Below are positions 8,584-15,677 of a DNA stretch of 32,000 nucleotides, piece by piece. The stretch comes from Methanothermobacter thermautotrophicus str. Delta H (GTDB lineage: Archaea > Methanobacteriota > Methanobacteria > Methanobacteriales > Methanothermobacteraceae). A model generated the notes under the pieces. That model did no database searches, was not told the DNA's origin, and was given only the letters and a program-made list of their open reading frames with translations. Position 1 is the first letter of the stretch. Each line of letters opens with the position of its first letter. The stretch lies in the NCBI RefSeq assembly GCF_000008645.1, contig NC_000916.1:30001-62000 (forward strand). The letters run 5' to 3'. The position numbers and the translations under genes are program-made.

Positions 8584-9336
8584 CTAGAGGGTGCGGATGA
8601 TCATCCTCCTCTTCGTGTGTCTCCTGAAGTCGAGGGATGTTGATACCCTGCTGAGGTACCTCCTGCTGATCCTAGCTGCCTCTCTGATTTCATCGTCACG
8701 GGGTCTGCGGGCGTCGAGGCTGTTACCATGGGCAACATACCCTGTTATCCTGTAGGGAACATCCCATACTGACAGGAACTCTGCAATCCCCTCAATCTCA
8801 TCAAGGTCAACAAAGCCAGGCACGAGGACCGTTGAGACCTCAATCCTCTCTGAACCTGAGAACTCCTCTATGCATTCAAGGACCTCCCTGTTGGACTCCC
8901 CGGTCAGCTGGATGTGTTTCTCCTCGTCGAGGGCCTTGAGGTCAACGTGGACCTCATGGAAGGTGCTCATCCATAGAACATCCCTGCGGGTGCCGTTGGG
9001 CGATATTGTCACATGGAAGTCTCCTGCGAGGATTTCGGTCAGTTCAGGAAGGTCCTCCTGGAGTGTGGGTTCACCCCCTGCTATGAGGACCCTCTCTACC
9101 CCGGTTTCATCACGGATCCTCTGGATTAGATCTGCTATCCTGTCTGGGGAGTGGTTCATACATCCTGATGGTTTGAAAAAGCAGTACCTGCACCTGAAGT
9201 TGCATGTTGGTGTCAGGACGGTTATGATGTCGCTTACAGATATGTGTGAGAGCTGGATGTGTTTCACCTCTGGATGGCATGTTTTTATATCTGTGGTATG
9301 TGTTATGGCCCGGTGTGTTTCACCTCGAAATGCCAC
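8584..9336 (-). CDS. Radical SAM domain protein
   Basis: CNFRCRYC (CxxxCxxC) cluster motif, a GGEPTL SAM-binding motif, and size and layout like activating-enzyme-type rSAM proteins. Confidence 0.75.
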   Translation of the reverse strand: MAFRGETHRAITHTTDIKTCHPEVKHIQLSHISVSDIITVLTPTCNFRCRYCFFKPSGCMNHSPDRIADLIQRIRDETGVERVLIAGGEPTLQEDLPELTEILAGDFHVTISPNGTRRDVLWMSTFHEVHVDLKALDEEKHIQLTGESNREVLECIEEFSGSERIEVSTVLVPGFVDLDEIEGIAEFLSVWDVPYRITGYVAHGNSLDARRPRDDEIREAARISRRYLSRVSTSLDFRRHTKRRMIIRTL

Positions 9337-9468
9337 TATATCCTTCGTATGGTATATATGTGGCGGTCAATTTTGGCATGTTTTCAACCATATCTGCCAG
9401 CGGACCACCTCAGAGCAGGATCACCATTAACGTTGATGATGAATACATTGATGAGGGGTATATGATTT

Positions 9469-9813
9469 CTACAGATCCATTCTTTCCTCTTTGAACACCC
9501 TCAGAGACCTTGAAAGTGCTGTTGATTCTGCCATAGATGCTCCTATAAGGATCGCTAGTAGTATTTCATCACCACCCGCGTCCAGGCGTTTTGCAGCCTT
9601 AATATGTGTTTTAAGACAGTGTTCAGATCCAAGGGCTGCTGCAGCTCCAACCCCTATAAGCTCCTTTGTAACCAGTGGGAGCGCATCATTAGATAGAATC
9701 TTCTCCATTTTGTCATAATATGCTTCCAGGATCTCTGGCTCGTCCTCCAGGACTTTAAATATCTCTGGTATAAAACCAAAAAATTCCTCGATCTTTTCCA
9801 ATATTTTCTCCAT
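9469..9813 (-). CDS. Carboxymuconolactone decarboxylase (CMD/AhpD-like) family protein
   Basis: 114 aa. KELIGVGAAAALGSEHCLKTHIKAAKRLDAGGDEILLAILIGASM matches the CMD core layout (helix-Cys-xxx-His). Confidence 0.65.
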   Translation of the reverse strand: MEKILEKIEEFFGFIPEIFKVLEDEPEILEAYYDKMEKILSNDALPLVTKELIGVGAAAALGSEHCLKTHIKAAKRLDAGGDEILLAILIGASMAESTALSRSLRVFKEERMDL

Positions 9814-10383
9814 CCCTTAACCCCCTACACACATTATATTGGTGGATAGTAGAATATAAAATCAGGTCTTGTGGAGATGCTGCTTCAGACCAGGCCCCCA
9901 TCCTGTTGTTTGCAACAGCCGTCAAAAAACCATATCCGGGGCTCTAAGATTACTAAAAAAATTCTGTCTGACCTATGAGGGCCCTAAACCCTGTGGCGTA
10001 GAAGAATAGGCCCTAAATTTTTTCATGGCTGGGGCTGCATACCATGATATGATCATTTCTTGATCATTCCAGACCCTACTTGAAGAGGAGGGTAGGGTTT
10101 CACTGTTTTACCTTCGTCATAGATCTATATAACGAATAAAACATGTGAAGGCAAGCAAGAAGAAAATTTTGATATTCAGTTCCTTCTTGGCAACCTAATA
10201 TCCTTCTATGTTCCCCTTTCGAGTATGCCTAGTGTAGGGGTTGATCCATTTCTTTCAGGTCATCCCGCAAAGAAGTAGAAGCTGAATAAAAACTTAAAAG
10301 GGGCTGCTATCTGAGGCTAAAAATGCCCTGAACCTCTTTATTTTGGTGTTGATTTGTTGGTTTGTTGTTGGGTTTAACGCTCC

Positions 10384-10662
10384 TCAAATATATGGCATAG
10401 AAAGGAGAAGTACACCTATTAGGGACATTATAACAAAAAGTGTTTCGAGCACACCTTTTTCCTCGCCTCTAAACACCTTCTTCGACAGAAAATAGATTAG
10501 CAAAAACATATTTCCCAGTAAAAGACACGTTAACAATATAATAGGTAGTTCAGGCCTAGTATGCAGTAAAGCCAACCTACTACACGTAACAGTAAAACCA
10601 ACAAAATTGTAAAACACGATAACGACCCCAAAAAAATAAAAAAGCTTAGATGTATGCTGCAT
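10384..10662 (-). CDS. Small membrane ORF, family 2 (putative immunity-like partner of cassette E2)
   Basis: 92 aa with 3 hydrophobic helices. Its ATG is embedded in the last codons of the upstream cassette (gATGCAGCATACATCTAA). It is a paralogue of 18605..18883. Confidence 0.6.
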   Translation of the reverse strand: MQHTSKLFYFFGVVIVFYNFVGFTVTCSRLALLHTRPELPIILLTCLLLGNMFLLIYFLSKKVFRGEEKGVLETLFVIMSLIGVLLLSMPYI

Positions 10663-11042
10663 CCTCCCACCTCAAACTACCATCAGGATTCTTCGGTATT
10701 TCAATATAGTGTATACAATGATCCTCACCAACATAACTTCTCAACTCATAACCATAAATCCAGGTACGATGAATCGAAATATACTTCCAATATTCTTGGG
10801 GAAGATAATGAGTCCGTATCCTTAAAATCAAATCACCTTCAGCCACTATCACACTTATAAAACCCAAAGGACCCATAACAGCAGTGACACCGGCAACAGT
10901 TGCAATATCTAATATACCATGGAAAACATCCTCTAGAATGCATGTTTGGTGTTCTATGATGAATTCTTTGATATCGTCTGTGATGTTTAGGAGGCCTGTG
11001 TAGGCTATTATTGTTGCATATGCTGCCATGTTGAGTCCTATG
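10640..11042. repeat. ~0.4-kb near-identical repeat (partner 18861-19263, offset 8221); weaker similarity continues down to ~10140/18400
   Basis: Identical side-frame ORFs 10654..10860 and 18875..19081. One K/E difference in the cassette protein. Confidence 0.8.
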
Positions 11043-11426
11043 AGGCTGGCCCTACATAATCGAAAAAGAGGGTTTAGGATGGAAAGGTACATGGAGGTTA
11101 CAAAGCCCAATATAAGCCTTCTTAGTACTATCATCTAAACCTTCAAGGTTTACTGTGCCATTACCATCCAAGAGCGAATCTAACTTTTCAGATATTATGG
11201 CTTGGCCAAGTTCCCGAGCCCATTCTGTCTGTTGGTGGTAGTAGCAGTATGCTCCCATGAAAGCATAGATCATGTCCCTTACTATCCCTGTTGCATGGTC
11301 TATGATGAGGTATCTTCCCTGCCCGTCACTGATAAGCGTGTAATTCTCGCTTTCGAGGATGTTTAGTGACCCGCCGTTGAGGAGTGTTAGGCCTATTCCT
11401 GTTGTGTGGAGGTTTTGATCCTGGGA
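10646..11426 (-). pseudogene. Orphan C-terminal cassette E2 (5'-truncated copy of the large-protein C-terminus, internally frameshifted)
   Basis: It covers ORFs 11052..11273 (MIYAFMGAYCYYHQQTEWARELG..) and 10646..11134 (..LIGLNMAAYATIIAY..GEDHCIHYIEIPKNPDGSLRWEDAAYI). An extra T near 11100-11110 shifts the frame. There is no signal peptide and no N-terminal domains. Confidence 0.7.
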
Positions 11427-12183
11427 TTTGGGTTTATGGTTGATTTTTTTTGGATGGTGAGTTCTTTCAGGGCTTTTTTGGCTTTTTTGTATTCTGGGTC
11501 TATTTTCAGGGCTTTTTCATAGCATTTTAGTGCTTCTTTGTGTTTGCCGAGTTTTTGTAGTGTTTTTCCTTGCATGTACCATAGTGTTTTGTTTTGGGGG
11601 GTTTAGTTTGAGGGCTTTCTTGTAGCATTTCAGGGATTCCTCTGGTTTTTTGAGGTCTTCTAGGATTATGCCTTTCCATTTCCATGCATCGGCGAATTCG
11701 GGGTTTATTTCAAGGGCTTTTTGAAAGCATTCCAGCGCATCCTTATATTTTCCAAGTTCTTCGAGGACTAGTCCTTTGTTGTTCCATGTTTTGTCGTCTT
11801 CTGGATCTATTTCCAGGGCTTTTTCATAGCATTCTAGTGCCTCCTCATATCTCCCAAGTTCACTGAGGACTACTCCTTTGTTGTTCCATGCTTCTGCAAG
11901 TTTGGGGTTTATCTGTAATGCTTTTTCATAGCATTCTAGTGACTCATCATATCTCCCAAGTTCATTGAAAACTAGTCCTTTGTTGTTCCAAGCTTTATCA
12001 TCTTGTGGATTTAATTGGAGAACTTTGTCATAACATTTTAATGCTTCTTCATATATCTTAAGGTTATGTAATGTTATTCCTTTAGTTCCCCAAGCTCTAT
12101 AATTTTTTGGATTTAGCTCTATGGCTTTTTCGAAACATTTTAGTGCCTTTTTGTATTTTTTAAGGTAAATTAGAACGGAGCCT
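11131..12183. repeat. ~1.05-kb direct repeat (partner 21040-22092, offset 9909)
   Basis: Identical side-frame ORFs 11393/21302 and 11684/21593. Lines compared by eye at both ends. Confidence 0.8.
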
Positions 12184-12235
12184 TCCCCTAGCCATCCAAT
12201 CCTTTATTTTCTTAAGGGGGTTCATATTCCAGCCT
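11393..12235 (-). pseudogene. TPR gene remnant (internal deletion, in-frame stop, 3' frameshift)
   Basis: 11131-12183 matches 21040-22092 (offset 9909). At 12184 the sequence jumps straight to the TPR 5' end (..ccatccaatcctttattttcttaagggggttcat) with a tag stop. It carries the same G6 run frameshift (11596-11601) as the copy at 21505-21510. Confidence 0.65.
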
Positions 12236-12345
12236 CTCTCAACTTCTTTTTCATGTAATCGTTGGGTCCTAGTATGCAAGTTTTTATCGTCTCATGATTC
12301 TGATAGGCATCCTATGCTTGCAGCGGAACCTATTATGGGTTGATT
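12236..12345 (-). pseudogene. Decayed 3' end of a type-2 (..NYLEKKLREAGG) C-terminal module
   Basis: ~110 nt resemble 22566-22680 and 14439-14550 by eye (agcctctctcaacttctttt..cctagtatgca..) but carry many substitutions and no open frame. Confidence 0.4.
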
Positions 12346-12384
12346 CTTTATTTATCTGTTAGTATAGGTTTACATAAGGTTTTT

Positions 12385-12642
12385 TCATGTCTTAAGGATT
12401 CTAATCGTAAGAATTGCGAGCATCATTAGCCCAAAAATTCTGATCGCCTCTTGATGGCGAATTATCCAATCTTCTTTTTTTCTGAAAAAATACAATAAAA
12501 CGAAAAGGAGCCCCACGACTAACCAGTCAGTCAACTCAACCTTCGGGCTGTTTAAATATAACAGTTCAAGGAAAAAGATTATGAAAGTAACCATAAAAAG
12601 TATATCAAATTTTCTTTCACCTTTTTCAGACCTTTCAATCAT
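12385..12642 (-). CDS. Small membrane ORF (putative immunity-like partner of cassette F)
   Basis: 85 aa with 2-3 hydrophobic helices. RBS GAGGGG lies in the 18-nt gap after the cassette F stop. Confidence 0.5.
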   Translation of the reverse strand: MIERSEKGERKFDILFMVTFIIFFLELLYLNSPKVELTDWLVVGLLFVLLYFFRKKEDWIIRHQEAIRIFGLMMLAILTIRILKT

Positions 12643-12660
12643 TACAACCCCTCTATTTAC

Positions 12661-13235
12661 CTAAATGTATATTGTTTCATTCTCTCTTAGCGTATCATCT
12701 GGATTTTTAGGAATCTCCTTGTAGTGTATACAATTATCCGCACCAATGTATGCTTCCAGTTTGTATCCATATATCGGGCCACGATGAAGGGATATATACT
12801 TCCAGTATTCCCTAGGTAGGTAATGATCCCTTATATTAAGAATCAAATCCCCTTCTGCAATAATACAAAAAACAAGGCTACAGTTGCCACAAAAGATCCT
12901 CCTTCTAACATAAAATAACAGCCACCAACCACACCTACTGCATCTAGAATATCCTTTGGGATGTATGTTTGATGTTCCACGATAAATTCTTTGATGCTAC
13001 CTGTAATGTTGTTGAGTTTGGAGTCTATGTAGGCTATTGTTGTTGCGTATGCTGCCATGTTAACTCTTATGAGGCCCTGACCCACCAGGCCATAACTGAT
13101 GATTTCCAAAGGTCATGGGATTGTGTGGGGCGGGTTGTATTGGGCTAATAAGGCCTCTTGAAGGCTTTTCTCGCGTTGTCCTTTAAGCCTTCAAAGGTTT
13201 GCTGTGCTGTTATCCTAAGAGTGACTTTAGCCTTT
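12661..13235 (-). pseudogene. Orphan C-terminal cassette F (decayed, several frameshifts)
   Basis: ORFs 12843..13109 and 12661..12846 join as ..AEGDLILNIRDHYLPREYWKYISLHRGPIYGYKLEAYIGADNCIHYKEIPKNPDD. Its 5' part is homologous to the copy-B region ERLKSLLDGNGTVNLEGL.. but is broken by stops. The motif residues are degenerate (ADNCIHY). Confidence 0.65.
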
Positions 13236-14438
13236 CATTTGGAGTTCTTTCAGGGCTTTTTTGGCTTTTTTGTATTCTGGGTCTATTTTCAGGGCTTTTT
13301 TGTAGGATTTTTTGGCTTTTTGGTGTTTTCCAAGTTTTTGTAGTGTTTTTCCTTGCATGTACCATAGTGTTTTGTCTTGGGGGTTTAGTTTGAGGGCTTT
13401 CTCGTAGCATTTCAGGGCTTCCTCTGGTTTTTTGAGGTCTTCCAGGATTATACCTTTCCATTCCCATGCATCGGCGAATTCTGGGTTTATTTCAAGGGCT
13501 TTTTCAAAACATTCCAGCGCCTCCTCATATTTTCCAAGTTTCCTGAGGAGTACTCCCTTGTTAGCCCATGTTTCGTCGTTTTCTAGGTTTATTTCTAAGG
13601 CTTTTTCATAGCATTCCAATGCCTCATCATATCTCTTAAGTTCTTCAAGGACTACTCCTTTGTTGTTCCATGCTTTTGCATTTTTTTGGTTTATTTCTAA
13701 GGCTTTTTCATAGCATTCTATTGCTTTTTCAGGTTTACCGATTGTGTCAAGGAGCGCTCCTTTGTTGTTCCATGTTCCATCGTCTTGTGGATCTATTTGT
13801 AGTGCCCTTCCATAGCATTCCAATGCCTCATCATATCTCTTAAGTTCTTCAAAAATTAGTGCTTTGTTGTACCATGCCTCTACGAATTCTGCGTTTATCT
13901 GTAATGCTTTTTCATAGCATTCCAATGCCTCCTCATATTTTCCGAGACTGCGTAATCCGTTACCTTTATTATACCATGCTTTTGCATTTTTTTGGTTTAT
14001 TTCTAAGGCTTTTTCATAGCATTCTATTGCTTTTTCAGGTTTACCGATTGTGTCAAGGAGCGCTCCTTTGTTGTTCCATGTTCCATCGTCTTGTGGATCT
14101 ATTTGTAGTGCCCTTTCATAGCATTCCAATGCCTCATCATATCTCTTAAGTTCTTTAAGGACTACTCCTTTGTTGTTCCATGCTTCTGCTAGTTTTGGAT
14201 TGTTTTTGAGGATTTTTTCATAACATTTTAAGGCTTTCTCTGGTCTTTTGAGTTTTAGTAGTGTCATTGCATTATAGTGCAAGATTTCCGGGTCGTTTGG
14301 ACTCGCCTTGAGGGCTTTCCTGAATTCTTTAAGAGCTTCTTTGTATTTTCCCTGTTTTAGGCTTGATCGGCCCCCGCTGAGGTGCCATCCAGCCTTTCCC
14401 CTGGCTATCCAATCCTTTATCTTCTTAAGGGGGTTCAT
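13227..14438 (-). CDS. TPR repeat protein (~11 TPR units), coupled to the upstream type-2 module
   Basis: 34-aa periodicity (..AWxNKGxxLxxLxRYDEALECYEKALxIxP..). ATGA start/stop overlap with 14435..15385. No catalytic domain. Confidence 0.8.
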   Translation of the reverse strand: MNPLKKIKDWIARGKAGWHLSGGRSSLKQGKYKEALKEFRKALKASPNDPEILHYNAMTLLKLKRPEKALKCYEKILKNNPKLAEAWNNKGVVLKELKRYDEALECYERALQIDPQDDGTWNNKGALLDTIGKPEKAIECYEKALEINQKNAKAWYNKGNGLRSLGKYEEALECYEKALQINAEFVEAWYNKALIFEELKRYDEALECYGRALQIDPQDDGTWNNKGALLDTIGKPEKAIECYEKALEINQKNAKAWNNKGVVLEELKRYDEALECYEKALEINLENDETWANKGVLLRKLGKYEEALECFEKALEINPEFADAWEWKGIILEDLKKPEEALKCYEKALKLNPQDKTLWYMQGKTLQKLGKHQKAKKSYKKALKIDPEYKKAKKALKELQMKG

Positions 14439-15385
14439 CCTCCAGCCTCTCTCAACTTCTTTTCTAGGTAGTTTTTGAATCCTAGTATGCAGGCTTCTAT
14501 TGTCTCACGATTCTCATAGGCTAATAGGCTTCCAATAGCCATCCCAGTGCCTATTACAGTACCTCCATGTTTTATGGCGCCCACGACATTCCCATCCTTT
14601 AAAGCCTCCTTGAACAGATCCCATTCATCCATCATGAGTTTACCTAAATTATTTATAGCCCTTCCTATATCGTCGGGATCGCCACCAACACCACCACTGC
14701 TAATCACCCTTAGAGTATCTACGGCTTCTCTATACTCATTTATCGCTTGACTCCATTCGTCAGACTGTCTTGATAGTATTTCAAGATAGTTTTGTATTGG
14801 TTGTGTGTCTCCTGTTAGTAGTGTGTAGGCGATGAATGTTGGCAGACCAGCGGGTGAGAGTAACATCATGGCATCTTCGATGTATGGGAGCCACTCAGGA
14901 TGTTCGATGAGGATATAAGCGACTATTGCAACAACTATTCCTATGCCAGCTGTCGCCGGCGCTGACAAGGCTCCTGCTTCGAGGATGGCGACTTCAGCTC
15001 CTCCTTCGAAGCCGACGACTTCAGCTCCTGAAACACCAGCAAATCCAATGAACTTCCACAAACCGGTCTCATTCAGTAGTTCTTTTGCGAGGTTGGCTGC
15101 CCATTCTGTCTGCAGGTGGCTGAAACAATATGCCCCCATAACATTCTTAAAGATATTGACATCCCTCACTATCCCTGTTGCAGTGTCGATGATCAGGTAG
15201 TCATTATCATAGTTTATTATGGTGTAGTTCCCAGCTTTTGTAATATTTAGTTTTTCTCCGTTCAGGAGCCTGTATGCTATGCTTGTGATCGCAGCACCTT
15301 CCATGATATCCCCTATATTGTCGAGGCTTCCATTGTATGGGAATAGGCGTTGCATTGAACTCTGAGGGGTTTGATGTCCCGACAA
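14435..15385 (-). CDS. Type-2 C-terminal module: junction block fused to a different Gly/Ala-rich hydrophobic C-terminus (likely start at ATG 15304)
   Basis: AITSIAYRLLNGEKLNITKAGNYTIINYDNDYLIIDTATGIVRDVNIFKNVMGAYCFSHLQTEWA aligns with the junction block of the 837/840-aa proteins. The rest (..ATAGIGIVVAIVAYILIEHPEWLPYIED..GGTVIGTGMAIGSLLAY..NYLEKKLREAGG) is unrelated to them. The listed start is TTG. ATG 15304 has TAGGGGAT 5 nt upstream. Confidence 0.6.
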   Translation of the reverse strand: MSGHQTPQSSMQRLFPYNGSLDNIGDIMEGAAITSIAYRLLNGEKLNITKAGNYTIINYDNDYLIIDTATGIVRDVNIFKNVMGAYCFSHLQTEWAANLAKELLNETGLWKFIGFAGVSGAEVVGFEGGAEVAILEAGALSAPATAGIGIVVAIVAYILIEHPEWLPYIEDAMMLLSPAGLPTFIAYTLLTGDTQPIQNYLEILSRQSDEWSQAINEYREAVDTLRVISSGGVGGDPDDIGRAINNLGKLMMDEWDLFKEALKDGNVVGAIKHGGTVIGTGMAIGSLLAYENRETIEACILGFKNYLEKKLREAGG

Positions 15386-15401
15386 TAATTAAATAGCCCT
15401 G

Positions 15402-15677
15402 TTATACCCCTGGAGATGCAATTAAACCCACTATAAGGAGCATTACCATCATCCATCTTATTTCATACTCTTTTTCCTTCAACTCGTAGTAGAGCCAGCA
15501 TAAAAGGAGAAGAGTGAACAAGCCTAAAGGGGCTGCTATTAGGGACAAAACATCACAATGATACTTAAGCGCAAGAATACATAGGAACATAACTATGCAG
15601 ATAAGAGGATAAGCCCTCTTATACCAAGATTCATAATCCAATAAGATCCCCTCCACTTTAGATATATACTGCTTCAT
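15402..15677 (-). CDS. Small membrane ORF, family 1 (DYES..EIRWM), putative immunity-like partner of large protein A (probable TTG start at 15641)
   Basis: 2-3 TM helices. GGAGGGG at 15648-15654 and TTG at 15641 reproduce the RBS/TTG arrangement of paralogues 20180..20425 and 23298..23534. It lies 16 nt after the protein A stop. Confidence 0.6.
   Translation of the reverse strand: MKQYISKVEGILLDYESWYKRAYPLICIVMFLCILALKYHCDVLSLIAAPLGLFTLLLLCWLYYELKEKEYEIRWMMVMLLIVGLIASPGV

Noticed and set aside
8870-9430. Plus-strand ORFs antisense to well-supported minus-strand genes. Examples: 8870..9430, 6357..6878, 6897..7241, 23642..24106, 14943..15200, 22935..23222, 27991..28365, and 1732..2145 opposite dapL.
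   Set aside because: They are shadow ORFs. Their products are low-complexity (S/P/R/T-rich) with no motifs. The opposite strand carries recognisable domains, signal peptides, RBSs or paralogue conservation.
13210-13467. Alternative-frame ORFs inside TPR genes (13210..13467, 22345..22539, 11684..11866, 21593..21775, 13859..14149, 13158..13393).
   Set aside because: They are K/Q/P/T- or F/L-rich artefacts of the repetitive TPR coding DNA. The TPR frame has clear 34-aa periodicity.
13227-14438. Calling the TPR proteins O-linked GlcNAc transferases.
   Set aside because: Only TPR repeats are present, with no glycosyltransferase catalytic domain. Their context (ATGA coupling to the type-2 module) suggests a binding or immunity-like role instead.
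11393-14438. Regularly spaced DNA repeats that might suggest a CRISPR array.
   Set aside because: The periodicity is ~102 nt and lies within an open reading frame encoding TPR units. There are no short identical repeats separated by unique spacers, and no cas genes.
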